A stretch of 64,000 nucleotides of DNA from assembly GCA_958295675.1 (NCBI GenBank), contig OY282360.1, forward strand, positions 195,580 to 259,579, written 5' to 3'. The position numbers were made by a program, and so were the translations under genes. The stretch is from Minisyncoccota bacterium (lineage in GTDB: Bacteria > Patescibacteriota > Minisyncoccia > Phycocordibacterales > JABAAK01). Every line of letters starts with the position of its first letter. The first letter of the stretch is position 1. This document shows, in pieces, positions 1-9,764 of this stretch. The notes under the pieces are model-generated. The model was not told the DNA's origin, ran no database searches, and was given only the letters and a program-made list of their open reading frames with translations.

Positions 1-63
1 GCGCTATCTGGATGATTAGTCAGGTTGTGCGTTCTCCGTTCTTCGTACTATCATGCCGATATG

Positions 64-135
64 TGCCGGGTCGTCTAATTGGTAGGACGACGGGTTTTGG
101 TCCCGTTAATCTAGGTTCGAGTCCTAGCCCGGCAG
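64..135 (+). tRNA. tRNA-Gln (anticodon TTG)
   Basis: Cloverleaf read by eye: acceptor TGCCGGG/CCCGGCA, anticodon stem ACGGG/CCCGT with loop TTTTGGT, T-arm CTAGG-TTCGAGT-CCTAG. No encoded CCA. Confidence 0.6.
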
Positions 136-136
136 C

Positions 137-1192
137 ATGAGGACAGATAACCGAAAAATAGCGGTCGCCGTGTCGGGCGGGGTGGATTCATCGGTTGCCG
201 CGCATGTGCTCAAGGAGCAGGGGTGCGATGTGCACGGTGTGTTCATCGCCATCCGTAATCCGGCGCACATTCCCTGCACCCACGAGCAGGACAGGCAGGA
301 TGCCATGCGCGCTTGTGCCGCGCTCCGCATTCCGTTCGCGGAGTATGATGCGACTGAAACATACAGGAAACAGGTTATTGAACCGTTTGTAGAGGCGTAC
401 CGCCGCGGAGAGACACCGAATCCGGATATTCTCTGCAACACATACATAAAATTCGGCGTGCTGTGGGAATATTTGAAAGATAGGGGGTACGATACAGTCG
501 CGACCGGTCACTATGCCCGGGTGCGTGAGCGGAACAGCCGCGTTCAGCTCTGTCGCGCGAACGATGAGGAGAAGGATCAGACCTATTTTATACACGCTAT
601 AGCGCAGGAAGCACTGGATGCCGCACTGTTTCCAATCGGAGAGCGCACAAAAACGCAGGTACGCGCCATGGCGCGGAAAGCAAACCTCCCTGCAGCGGAC
701 AAAAAGGACAGTACGGGACTCTGTTTTCTCGGTGATGTGTCCATGCAGGATTTTCTCTCGGCGTACATTGAGCCGAAAAAAGGGGAGGTGGTGCTGGCGG
801 GTTCTGGAGAGAATATCGGTGAACATGACGGCGCGGCATTCTACACGCTCGGGCAGCGGCACGGGTTTACCGTCACCGCGAAAGAGCGTGGTCCGTACAT
901 AGTGACCGGCAAAGATGTTCATGCAAACACGCTGTTCGTTGCTCGCAAGGATGCAGAAGCGCAAGGGACGACGGTGTTCACGATCGTGGACACGGTGTTC
1001 CGTGAGCGACCGGACGGTGCGTTTCTCGCGCGCCATCGCCATCGCGGCGCGTTGTATCCCGTCTCCGCGCGCGCGGAAAAAGGAGATGAAGCGACTGTCA
1101 CCTATGAAACGCTGGTTACCGTCGCACCTGGTCAGTCAATCGTACTCTATACCGAAGACGGCGTGTGCATCGGCGGCGGTGCGGTGCGGTAG
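137..1192 (+). CDS. mnmA: tRNA-specific 2-thiouridylase MnmA
   Basis: N-terminal PP-loop motif AVAVSGGVDSSVAA, length 351 aa, and C-terminal features typical of MnmA. Confidence 0.85.
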   Translation: MRTDNRKIAVAVSGGVDSSVAAHVLKEQGCDVHGVFIAIRNPAHIPCTHEQDRQDAMRACAALRIPFAEYDATETYRKQVIEPFVEAYRRGETPNPDILCNTYIKFGVLWEYLKDRGYDTVATGHYARVRERNSRVQLCRANDEEKDQTYFIHAIAQEALDAALFPIGERTKTQVRAMARKANLPAADKKDSTGLCFLGDVSMQDFLSAYIEPKKGEVVLAGSGENIGEHDGAAFYTLGQRHGFTVTAKERGPYIVTGKDVHANTLFVARKDAEAQGTTVFTIVDTVFRERPDGAFLARHRHRGALYPVSARAEKGDEATVTYETLVTVAPGQSIVLYTEDGVCIGGGAVR

Positions 1193-1212
1193 CGGTGGTA
1201 TACTGCATACCG

Positions 1213-2046
1213 GTGAAAAAGAAAGTTTTAAAACGGAACGGAACAGTTGTTAATTTTGAAAAAGGCATACTTGAGCGGTCGCTCCGCCGATCCGGCGCGC
1301 CGCATGATCTTGCCCAAACTATCGCGGCGGATATAGAAAAGGGGATGGCTGACGGTGATTCTACCGATATGGTGTACAAGGAGGCGTTTGAAATTCTTAA
1401 CGAACGCGCGAAAAATGTGGCGATGCAGTATTCGCTGAAAAAAGCGCTCTTCAATCTGGGACCGACCGGTTTTCCGTTTGAGCGATTTGTCTCCGAGATA
1501 TTCAAACGAAAAGGGTACGCCACGGCGACCAATGTGCATGTGAAGGGGCATTGTATAACGCATGAGGTGGATGTACTCACGACGGAACCGGAACGGATAG
1601 CCATGGAGGTGAAGTTTCATAATGATATGCACACCAGAACGGATGTGAAATCCGTGCTCTATATTAAAGCGCGCTTTGACGATCTCACGAGCAGAACAGC
1701 CGGCATGTTTTCAAAAAGGAAAGGCGCGGTGGACAAGTGTATCCTCATCACAAACACAAAGTTCACGCGGAGTGCCATCACCTATGCCGACTGCGCCGGG
1801 GTGTCGCTGTTAGGGTGGGGGTATCCGTACAGCAACAATCTCCAAACCTGTATTCAGGAAGTGGATGCGCATCCGATCACCTGTTTGCCGTCGCTGTCGC
1901 AATCGGCGGCGAGAGATTTGTTCAGTGAAGATGTCGTTACCTGCCGCGGTTTGCTGGAGCGGGAAGATCTGCTCAGCAACATGCAGAACGCCGACACGAT
2001 AGCCGCGGAAGCGGAGATGCTCTGCACGCCGTCGGGCAGGCGATAG
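1213..2046 (+). CDS. ATP-cone domain fused to Mrr-like restriction-endonuclease-fold domain protein
   Basis: ATP-cone-like N-terminus (VKKKVLKRNGTVVNFEKGILERSL). It is followed by an Mrr/REase-like core (GFPFERFVSEIFKRKGYATATNVHVKGHCITHEVDVLT). The ORF is open from 1165, but a GTG at 1213 fits the domain start, so the start is uncertain. Confidence 0.6.
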   Translation: MKKKVLKRNGTVVNFEKGILERSLRRSGAPHDLAQTIAADIEKGMADGDSTDMVYKEAFEILNERAKNVAMQYSLKKALFNLGPTGFPFERFVSEIFKRKGYATATNVHVKGHCITHEVDVLTTEPERIAMEVKFHNDMHTRTDVKSVLYIKARFDDLTSRTAGMFSKRKGAVDKCILITNTKFTRSAITYADCAGVSLLGWGYPYSNNLQTCIQEVDAHPITCLPSLSQSAARDLFSEDVVTCRGLLEREDLLSNMQNADTIAAEAEMLCTPSGRR

Positions 2047-2051
2047 CACGG

Positions 2052-2852
2052 ATGTCGGCGATAGCATATACTACAGACATGCTTCAGCACGCCACGAGAA
2101 AGAGTAATATTTTTAATCCGGATAGTGATGAGCCGTTTGCTCTTTCCAGAAGTAAGATAGATTTATTTTTTAACTGTCCCCGCTGTTTCTACCTGGACAG
2201 GCGGTTGGGTGTCGCACCGCCGAAGGGATTTCCGTTCAATTTAAACGATGCGGTGGATACACTTTTTAAAAAGGAATTTGACAAGTACAGAGAGAAACAG
2301 GAGCCGCACCCGCTGGTGAAGGAAGCGGGGCTGGATCTCGTGCCGTTTCCGCATGCGGACTTGGAAACATGGCGCGCGCCGTTCACCGGTATTCGTTTTC
2401 ACCACAAAGATTCAAATTTCATAGTGTTCGGCGGCGTGGATGATGTGTGGCACGACACCAAAGAGACACTCACTGTAGTTGATTACAAGGCGACCAGCAA
2501 AAAAGATGGAGAGGAGGTGTCCATAGACGCACCGTGGCAGAGAGGGTATAAAAGGCAGATTGAAGTATATCAATGGTTGTTCGGACAGAACGGCTTTACG
2601 GTCTCGGATACCGGCTATTTTGTCTACGCCAACGCCGACCGCGCAAAAGAAGATTTCAGTGATACCCTCTCGTTTGTGACAAAACTCATCCCGTACACCG
2701 GCAGTGTCGGTTGGATAGAGGAGACGCTTATGAAAGCGAAAGAAACACTCCTTGCGGACACGATTCCGGAGGCGGGGCAGTATTGCGACTTCTGTCCGTA
2801 TCGCGATGCGGCGGGAAAATCATTCCGCGATCATGTGACGAGAGGTCAGTAG
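2052..2852 (+). CDS. Cas4-like / RecB-family PD-(D/E)XK nuclease, probably Fe-S (stand-alone)
   Basis: Motifs GGVDDVWH, VVDYKATSK (D-x-K) and RQIEVYQWL (QhxxY). Four Cys arranged CPRC near the N-terminus and CDFCPY near the C-terminus. No CRISPR array nearby. Confidence 0.65.
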   Translation: MSAIAYTTDMLQHATRKSNIFNPDSDEPFALSRSKIDLFFNCPRCFYLDRRLGVAPPKGFPFNLNDAVDTLFKKEFDKYREKQEPHPLVKEAGLDLVPFPHADLETWRAPFTGIRFHHKDSNFIVFGGVDDVWHDTKETLTVVDYKATSKKDGEEVSIDAPWQRGYKRQIEVYQWLFGQNGFTVSDTGYFVYANADRAKEDFSDTLSFVTKLIPYTGSVGWIEETLMKAKETLLADTIPEAGQYCDFCPYRDAAGKSFRDHVTRGQ

Positions 2853-2911
2853 CGGTGTTTTCCACTGTAACATAGTACGAAATCACAAAGACATACTACA
2901 CTGCATATAGT

Positions 2912-3814
2912 ATGCGAAAAAGAATTGTCTCTTCATGTGTAAGCGTGTTATTGTTTGCAGCATTAGCGGGTATAGCCACATTGTTCGTAACGGTATCGGT
3001 AGCAGCACAAGTAACACCAACACCGTCCTGCACAGTGTCCGCCAATCCGAGTACGGTAACAACAGGGCAAGGATTCACGCTGACAGTGACACCTTCTAAC
3101 TTTATGGTCGGTACCAATTTCGCCTACAAATGGCAGCAGGTTTCTCCAACAGAGCATGTTTTTACTAACGCAACCACCGCGACATTTACACATTCAGGTT
3201 TTTCAGAAATAGGTGTGAAAACATTTCGAGCCACTGTGACCAAATCAGGTGAGCGCGCAATGTGTACAGTATCTGTGACAGTGCATCCACAGACCTGCGA
3301 TGCCGGAGAGGTTGCCGTGCTTACCACAACCGGTCTGGAATGCCAGTCGGTGGGATCGCAGTTGTTAACGGATACGACGACATTCAGCGCGACCACATGC
3401 CCGGACGGACAATTTCTCTCAATCAAAACAACGAACGGTGTAAAGAGTGTCGGTTGCACGAGTGCGAGCGGAACCCAATTCTCCACGGTTTCCGACTGTG
3501 ATAGCGGGAAATATAGAATAGGTTTCTCGGGGGATTCCTCGGTAGATTGTACTCCAGCAAGTGTTTCCTGCACTGTTTCGGCAATCAGTGTCACGGCAGG
3601 CACCTTTGTCACTTGGACGGCGACCGCGCACGGGTTTACTCCGACAGGATATTCATGGAGTGGTAGTGCAAAAGGTATACCAGCGAGTGTCAATGTCGCA
3701 AGCGTCACAAAGCGCCTAACTACCCCAGGATCAAAAACCGCATCAGTGGTTGTGAGCCGAAGCGGCGGTTCAAACATCACCAAAAGTTGTCTGCCGCCAG
3801 TATCAGTAAATTAA
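2912..3814 (+). CDS. secreted Thr/Ser-rich Cys-containing repeat protein (Ig-like repeats, surface protein)
   Basis: N-terminal signal peptide/TM (VSSCVSVLLFAALAGIATLFV). Three repeats each containing CTVS, with abundant T/S/G. Confidence 0.5.
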   Translation: MRKRIVSSCVSVLLFAALAGIATLFVTVSVAAQVTPTPSCTVSANPSTVTTGQGFTLTVTPSNFMVGTNFAYKWQQVSPTEHVFTNATTATFTHSGFSEIGVKTFRATVTKSGERAMCTVSVTVHPQTCDAGEVAVLTTTGLECQSVGSQLLTDTTTFSATTCPDGQFLSIKTTNGVKSVGCTSASGTQFSTVSDCDSGKYRIGFSGDSSVDCTPASVSCTVSAISVTAGTFVTWTATAHGFTPTGYSWSGSAKGIPASVNVASVTKRLTTPGSKTASVVVSRSGGSNITKSCLPPVSVN

Positions 3815-3971
3815 ATGCCGCAACATCATAATACACAATAGTTATACAGCATATCCAACATGGTATGGCTTGAAAATGTTATTTTTAAATCCCGGTGGCG
3901 AGGCCTTGTATTTTTTACTTTTTATGGTAAAATATCATTAGAAACCACACAGTTTAAATTGGAGGTCTATA

Positions 3972-4766
3972 GTGAACACATCATTCCTTATGACAACAGT
4001 ATTGCTGGGAGTTGCCGTATTCGCGGAATTCGCAGCAGGCGATACGAACAGGATGCTTGTACCGGGTACGGTGCATGCCGAATCGGGAGAATCAAAAGGG
4101 TTGTTCAACACATCCTACAAATACATCTCTAGCATGCCAAAACCGAGGGAAAACGGTCTATCGCTTCTGTTTGCTGATAGCAGGCGGAATAAGATGATCG
4201 GTCTGCAAATCGGTCTACCGGACGGTCTTTTCATCGTGGGTGGCTATATGCCGAGAGAGAATTTTTTCGGTCTCAGCAGAGGATACGGTGATATCACCAG
4301 ATTCGGTGTGGAAGCGGGAAGTAAGAAACTCTCCGTGAAACTCGTGCATGAGCGCGCCGACGGTGAAGACATCATTGACGAGGCGAACGGCACCGCTTTG
4401 GAAGTCGCTTTTCGGAAGAAATTCTATCCGGTATCCGGTATGAGTTTCGATTTCTCCATGACCGCGCAACAATTTCTCGGCGGTGATGTGAAGACTGAAT
4501 TCGGTTTTTGTCACAGGATGGAACCGAGCGAGATGAATCTGCGGACCAATGTCGCCATCAAGACCAAATTGAGCAATAGGATTTCTTTTTCGGCGAACGC
4601 GAAGCATGACATCATCAGCGGGCGGAATGCACGCGACACAAAAGTGCGTACCAAATTCAGTATTATGATGAACGAATTTCTTTCGTTCAGAATTAATACA
4701 AGCAACCATCTGCGCGGTCGTGAAAATCGTTTCAGCGCAAATGTTCAGATTATGGTGCGGGCATAA
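3972..4766 (+). CDS. hypothetical secreted protein
   Basis: GTG start 6 nt after GGAGGT. Signal peptide MNTSFLMTTVLLGVAVFAEFAAG. Beta-rich composition. Terminator immediately downstream. Confidence 0.5.
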   Translation: MNTSFLMTTVLLGVAVFAEFAAGDTNRMLVPGTVHAESGESKGLFNTSYKYISSMPKPRENGLSLLFADSRRNKMIGLQIGLPDGLFIVGGYMPRENFFGLSRGYGDITRFGVEAGSKKLSVKLVHERADGEDIIDEANGTALEVAFRKKFYPVSGMSFDFSMTAQQFLGGDVKTEFGFCHRMEPSEMNLRTNVAIKTKLSNRISFSANAKHDIISGRNARDTKVRTKFSIMMNEFLSFRINTSNHLRGRENRFSANVQIMVRA

Positions 4767-4772
4767 CCTTCT

Positions 4773-4803
4773 ATCACGCGGTGTATACCGCGTGATATTT
4801 TTT
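4773..4803. terminator. bidirectional Rho-independent terminator hairpin
   Basis: atcacgcggtgtataccgcgtgat followed by T-run. Sits between convergent genes. Confidence 0.6.
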
Positions 4804-5086
4804 AAAATACCTTAAACAAACCGAGGAGCCGTGTTTTGTAAATTGATTCAATCAGGTCGGACCCGGCATAGCCGGCGAGGAGGGAAATACGCCAGTCACC
4901 GCCCGACATTGTGGCGGCGACACCGCCGACAACAGACGCGATGATAATAGTAAACAAGAATTTTGAAATATCAAATGCCTCTTTATTCTTTAGAATATGT
5001 TTTCTGATACCGACCAATCCGCGAACAAGACCGCCCACCATGCCGGGAAGAATGAACATCGCGAGCATTGTAAGTGTCTCTGCCAT
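4802..5086 (-). CDS. small two-TM membrane protein (holin-like topology)
   Basis: Internal start MAETLTMLAMFILPGMVGG. Two hydrophobic helices with a charged C-terminus. The ORF is open to 5185. Confidence 0.35.
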   Translation of the reverse strand: MAETLTMLAMFILPGMVGGLVRGLVGIRKHILKNKEAFDISKFLFTIIIASVVGGVAATMSGGDWRISLLAGYAGSDLIESIYKTRLLGLFKVF

Positions 5087-5169
5087 ACACAAAAAGTATA
5101 CCACAGGTGTGCCGCGTATTATCCACAACACCACCTCGTTTTTGTTTTTCCGTTGCACACTGAATATAT

Positions 5170-5583
5170 ATGCGCAATGCGGCACTTATAAAAATCAGCA
5201 CTCTTTGTGCGTTTATTCTTATTGTAATGTTGCTCTTGACGATGCATATTTCCGCTCAGACATCTCAGACAGCAAGAACAAATCCGAGAAATGCGATTGC
5301 ACCGTGCGCGGTCGGTTATGCAGCCACAATCAAACAGGACAGCAGCAATAGAATATACCTCACCTGTACAGCAGTCAATAGTGTGCTCATACAAGGATCA
5401 ATTAATTCAGATACAGAATGTAACAGCAATAACATACTTGGAAGAAAGCAGACAGACAGCACCGTGCAACTTGATTGCGTATCAACTTCCGGTGTGAAAA
5501 CAACACCGCGAGGTGACTGTTCAAATGGACAGTATGTGTATGGCATCAAAAGTGACGGCACGCCGTTGTGTCGGTCGTTTTAA
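5170..5583 (+). CDS. small secreted cysteine-rich protein
   Basis: Signal peptide (ISTLCAFILIVMLLLTMHISAQT). Eight Cys in the mature part. Confidence 0.45.
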   Translation: MRNAALIKISTLCAFILIVMLLLTMHISAQTSQTARTNPRNAIAPCAVGYAATIKQDSSNRIYLTCTAVNSVLIQGSINSDTECNSNNILGRKQTDSTVQLDCVSTSGVKTTPRGDCSNGQYVYGIKSDGTPLCRSF

Positions 5584-5654
5584 CGCATATTTATAACAGT
5601 CCGAGCGGGATGCTATGGAGGTGATACAGAGGATGTGTGCTACATTCTTTGTAT

Positions 5655-7508
5655 ATGGAACTGAACGAAGTCCGGAAACGGTATCTGGATTATATGCGCG
5701 ATCGCGGGCATAGTGTGCTGGCATCAGCACCGCTGGTGCCGCGGGAAGACAGTACGACATTATTCACCGGATCCGGCATGCAACCGCTGGTGCCGTACCT
5801 GCTGGGAAAGGAGCATCCGAAGGGTACGCGGCTGGCGAATGCGCAGAAATGTTTCCGGGCGAATGATATTGATGAGGTCGGGGACAACAGACATACAACA
5901 TTTTTTGAAATGCTCGGAAACTGGTCGCTCGGCAGTTACTTTAAGAAAGAACAGATAGAACAGTGCTTTTTATTCCTCACCGATCCGAACAGCGGACTCG
6001 GATTGAATCCGGAACGGCTGTATGTGTCGGTGTTCGCGGGCGATAAGTTGCTCAATATTCCGCGCGATGAAGAATCAGCGGAGGTGTGGCGGCAGTTATT
6101 TACCAGTGCCGGTGTCACTGCCGAAACAGCACATATCGGCTCAAAAGAGAACGGAGACCGGCGCGGCATAAAGAATGGTGAACGCATTTTTTTCTATGAC
6201 GCGGATGAAAATTGGTGGAGCAGATCCGGTTCACCGGATACCATGCCTGTCGGTGAGCCGGGCGGTCCGGATACCGAGGTGTTCTATGATTTCGGCGATT
6301 CCGCGGCAGACCCCGCGTACGCGGATATGAAACCGCATCCCGCATCCGATTCCGGTCGGTTTGTGGAGATAGGGAACTCTGTTTTTATGCAGCACATCCG
6401 TACGAAGAACGGATTCACGCAACTGCCGAAGAAAAATGTTGATTTTGGCGGCGGTCTGGAACGGTTGGTTGCCGCGACGGAGGATACCGCGGATATATTC
6501 CGGATTGATGCGTTCGCATCATGTATCTCGGCACTTGCCGAGCGTTCCGGTATCGCATACGATACCCGCCCAAGACCGTTCAGGATAGTTGCCGATCATC
6601 TACGCGCCGCTATGTTCATTGCTGCGGACGGAGTATCGCCGTCAAATACGGATCAAGGATATGTTCTGCGCCGGCTCGTGCGCAGTGCGGTCTACAATGT
6701 GCAGTACGGGCTCGGTATCGCGGATCTGCCGCTCACGGTACTGGTGCCGTCTATGGTCTCAATGTATGCGGATCGGTATCCTGAGATTGCGGAAGAGAGG
6801 GTCGTTCAGACCATTGGAGATGAGGAGGAGCGATTTATAACGACCTTGCAAAAGGGTACAAAGGTATTTGATGCCATAGCAAAAAAGGGTGCAATCACCG
6901 GCGAGGAGATGTTCACGCTGCAGAGTACCTACGGATTCCCGAAAGAGTTGACGATATCGCTTGCCCGGGAGAAACATGTTTCGGTATCATCAGACGGCTA
7001 TGTCAGCGCGATGCACCGGCATCGTGAGTCGTCCCGTCAGGCGAGTGAGCGGAAGTTCAAAGGCGGTCTCGCTGACGCGAGCGATATGAGCGTAAAGTAT
7101 CACACCGCGACACATCTATTACATCAGGCACTGCGGGATGTTCTCGGAAACACGGTGGAACAGCGCGGATCAAACATCACACCGGAACGGTTGCGGTTTG
7201 ATTTTTCATACGATAGAAAATTAACTGATGAGGAAAAAAAACAGGTGGAGACCGTTGTAAACGACAAGATTCAGGAAGGACTGGAAGTACGGTGCATGGA
7301 TATGCCGCTTGAAGAAGCCCGGCGGCTCGGTGCTATCGGCACATTTGAATACGGCGACACGGTACGTGTCTACTGCATCGGCGAGTACAGTAAGGAGTTC
7401 TGTGGCGGTCCCCATGTCGGCAATACCGCGGATCTCGGCTCATTCCGCATTACAAAAGAGGAGTCAGTCGCTGCCGGAATCCGCCGTATTAAAGCGGTAT
7501 TAGAATGA
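5655..7508 (+). CDS. alaS: alanine--tRNA ligase (short form)
   Basis: N-terminal class II core: LFTGSGMQ, FRANDIDEVGDNRHTTFFEMLGNWSLGSYFK. Editing-domain HxxxH (HTATHLLHQALRDVLG). Preferred start is MELNEV at 5655; the ORF is open from GTG 5637. Confidence 0.85.
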   Translation: MELNEVRKRYLDYMRDRGHSVLASAPLVPREDSTTLFTGSGMQPLVPYLLGKEHPKGTRLANAQKCFRANDIDEVGDNRHTTFFEMLGNWSLGSYFKKEQIEQCFLFLTDPNSGLGLNPERLYVSVFAGDKLLNIPRDEESAEVWRQLFTSAGVTAETAHIGSKENGDRRGIKNGERIFFYDADENWWSRSGSPDTMPVGEPGGPDTEVFYDFGDSAADPAYADMKPHPASDSGRFVEIGNSVFMQHIRTKNGFTQLPKKNVDFGGGLERLVAATEDTADIFRIDAFASCISALAERSGIAYDTRPRPFRIVADHLRAAMFIAADGVSPSNTDQGYVLRRLVRSAVYNVQYGLGIADLPLTVLVPSMVSMYADRYPEIAEERVVQTIGDEEERFITTLQKGTKVFDAIAKKGAITGEEMFTLQSTYGFPKELTISLAREKHVSVSSDGYVSAMHRHRESSRQASERKFKGGLADASDMSVKYHTATHLLHQALRDVLGNTVEQRGSNITPERLRFDFSYDRKLTDEEKKQVETVVNDKIQEGLEVRCMDMPLEEARRLGAIGTFEYGDTVRVYCIGEYSKEFCGGPHVGNTADLGSFRITKEESVAAGIRRIKAVLE

Positions 7509-7766
7509 TCAGGAGCATTGCCAGTAGAGATATACCCGTTTTTCACATTCAGGGCTTCTCCACAGCGGTCTTGTTGATTTAAGCAGTAGATATATAATAC
7601 ACAATGTATGGAAGAAGAAGGAGAAAACGGTGGATTGCGCTCAATTGAGCGGTCAAATTTGCGCGGTGCGCAGGATAGGAACGGTTTGCGGAAAAGACCG
7701 GCGCAGCAGCAACGACGGCGTGCACCGGCAGCGCAGCCGAGGCGTACTGTCAGAAGAAAGAGTCCT

Positions 7767-9032
7767 ATGAAAAGAATAATTATTTTTTCCGTTATTATTT
7801 TTGTAATTGTTCTTGTTCTTGTGACTACCACATTCGCGACTACCACACTTCGTTTGACGCTCACTAGCGCAGAACTTTCAGTTGACGGGGTATTCTCTGC
7901 AATCCGAGAACCGGCGCAATCAGCGGATATCGCGTACGGCAAGGTCGGTCCGTACACTGAAACTCGGTCGGCAACAATAACAAACATAACAAGAGAGCGG
8001 CAGAACAGCTATGCTGAAGGCACCATCATGGTGCATAACACGAATACATCCGGTGAGAAACTTGATTTAGTGAATCGGACGCGGTTTCAGACAAAAGACG
8101 GCAGAATATACCGGCTGAGCGGCAAACAGATTATTCCCGGCGGCAAGACCGTGAACGGCGAATTTGTGCCGGGCAGAAAAGAAGTGAGAGTGGTGGCCGA
8201 TGCTATCGGTAATGAGTTTAATTTAAAGGAGAAAGGAGTACGATTCACCATTCCTGGTTTGGCGAAGTACAAGGAGTTTTCATCCTCATACGCTGTTTCA
8301 ACGACAAAGATTGTAGGCGGCTTCAGCGGTGAACGGTTTATTCCCGATGCAGCGGAAGAAAAGGCGGCGCGGGAGAAACTGCGCGGAGACATCGCATCCG
8401 CTTTGGAACAGAAACTTACAGAAGCACTGCAGACCAACACACTTTCAAAGAAGATTGTTTTTGACAGCGCGAAATTTATCACATACGAGTCGCTGGAGAA
8501 TAAACAGGTTGACGATGCGGTGATGATTCAGGAAAAAGGTGAGATGTACGCGGTTTCGTTCAGGGAGACGGAACTTGCGTCTTTGCTCGCGAAATCCGAG
8601 AGTATGTCGGTCGGCGTGCCGAGCTCGGTGACACCGACTGAGGTGACAGTGGTGAATCTGGCAATGGAAATGGTTGACGCGAATGAGTTTGAAGTGACCA
8701 CATCAACTGAGTTTGATTTCCGTCTGTCCGGTGTGGCGAAAGTGTACTGGACGGTGGACGAAGTGCTATTCCTGGGCGACATAGCCGGTAAGAAGAGGAT
8801 TGAGGTTGAGGATATTATTCTTAACCGGTATCCGCAGGTGCAGAAGATTAATGTGTTCTCAATCTTCCCGCCGTGGCGGACAAGCGTACCCGGCAACAGG
8901 AAGAAAATCAATGTTACCGTGGGATACAGCAGAGGGGATGAGCGACAGGAAATGCCGCTGACTGGCGACAGGGAGGAAGAGGAGGAAAAGACAGAAGAAG
9001 AGAAAGAAGAAGGGGAAGATCAGGAGGAATAA
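7767..9032 (+). CDS. hypothetical membrane-anchored protein with acidic C-terminal tail
   Basis: Start MKRIIIFSVIIFVIVLVLV (TM). C-terminal EEEEKTEEEKEEGEDQEE. The ORF is open from 7608 but the upstream part is Arg/Gln-rich and unlikely to be coding. Confidence 0.5.
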   Translation: MKRIIIFSVIIFVIVLVLVTTTFATTTLRLTLTSAELSVDGVFSAIREPAQSADIAYGKVGPYTETRSATITNITRERQNSYAEGTIMVHNTNTSGEKLDLVNRTRFQTKDGRIYRLSGKQIIPGGKTVNGEFVPGRKEVRVVADAIGNEFNLKEKGVRFTIPGLAKYKEFSSSYAVSTTKIVGGFSGERFIPDAAEEKAAREKLRGDIASALEQKLTEALQTNTLSKKIVFDSAKFITYESLENKQVDDAVMIQEKGEMYAVSFRETELASLLAKSESMSVGVPSSVTPTEVTVVNLAMEMVDANEFEVTTSTEFDFRLSGVAKVYWTVDEVLFLGDIAGKKRIEVEDIILNRYPQVQKINVFSIFPPWRTSVPGNRKKINVTVGYSRGDERQEMPLTGDREEEEEKTEEEKEEGEDQEE

Positions 9033-9035
9033 TCA

Positions 9036-9704
9036 CTACCGAGCCAACGCGATAGTGATAACAGCACTCGCACCGGCAGCGGTCAATGCTCGTCGTGCCT
9101 CGGAGAGAGTCGCACCGGTAGTGGTCACATCATCAATGACGAAACACACAGTATTGTCCGGCACAGGGTGCGATGCACGCATCGCACCGGTAACATTTTT
9201 CATCCGATCCGTCCGTCGTTTTAATCCGCTTTGCCGGACGACTGCCCGTGTCCATACAAGCATATCCCGGGCATCTGTTATGTCCGACAACGAAAACAAA
9301 TCCGATGATGCGTCGCGGTATATCGCATCCAATACGGCATACATATGATTGTATCCTTCTTTTTCTTTCCGCGCGGCAGTAATTGGTACGGTACAGAGCA
9401 GATACCCATTTTTTTCAAGCGATTCCATTTCATGGTATTCACCGAGCAGACAGTCGCACAGCATATTCGCGGCGAGCGTGATGCTCTCCGCATGTTTTTC
9501 ATACTTTACCGCGCGTATAAGGTGTTTTACCGAAGGATGTTGATAGGGTAGAAGCGATATATGCCCGTTCCGCATTTCCTGTGTTCTGTGCTTCAGGACG
9601 GCATCAGTACCGAGCGCGGTCATACGCTCGCTGTGCGGCGGCTCAGGGAAGATGCTGCGCAGAAAAGCAATGCATACCGCTCTGATGTATTCGATAAAAC
9701 GCAT
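9036..9704 (-). CDS. comFC: ComF family phosphoribosyltransferase-domain protein (ComFC)
   Basis: PRTase motif VCFVIDDVTTTGATLSEA. Cys/His-rich N-terminal part. Divergent from pilM. Confidence 0.75.
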   Translation of the reverse strand: MRFIEYIRAVCIAFLRSIFPEPPHSERMTALGTDAVLKHRTQEMRNGHISLLPYQHPSVKHLIRAVKYEKHAESITLAANMLCDCLLGEYHEMESLEKNGYLLCTVPITAARKEKEGYNHMYAVLDAIYRDASSDLFSLSDITDARDMLVWTRAVVRQSGLKRRTDRMKNVTGAMRASHPVPDNTVCFVIDDVTTTGATLSEARRALTAAGASAVITIALAR

Positions 9705-9711
9705 AATTATG

Positions 9712-9728
9712 TGCGCATAGAATGCGCA
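9712..9728. promoter_or_regulatory. perfect inverted repeat TGCGCAT-AGA-ATGCGCA in the comFC/pilM divergent promoter region (candidate operator)
   Basis: 7-bp arms and a 3-bp spacer, within the 60-bp AT-rich intergenic region between the divergent comFC and pilM starts. Confidence 0.4.
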
Positions 9729-9764
9729 ATATATGATATACTACAATTATACTATTCAATATAA

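Noticed and set aside
1165-1212. N-terminal extension MHRRRCGAVAVVYCIP of the ATP-cone ORF overlapping the mnmA end
   Set aside because: It is not part of an ATP-cone and overlaps the mnmA stop region. A GTG at 1213 gives a domain-consistent start. The uncertainty is noted.
4911-5394. Several 64-146-aa ORFs on both strands over the 4.9-5.4 kb region
   Set aside because: They overlap the more plausible small membrane protein (-) and the secreted Cys-rich protein (+), and they lack starts and RBS.
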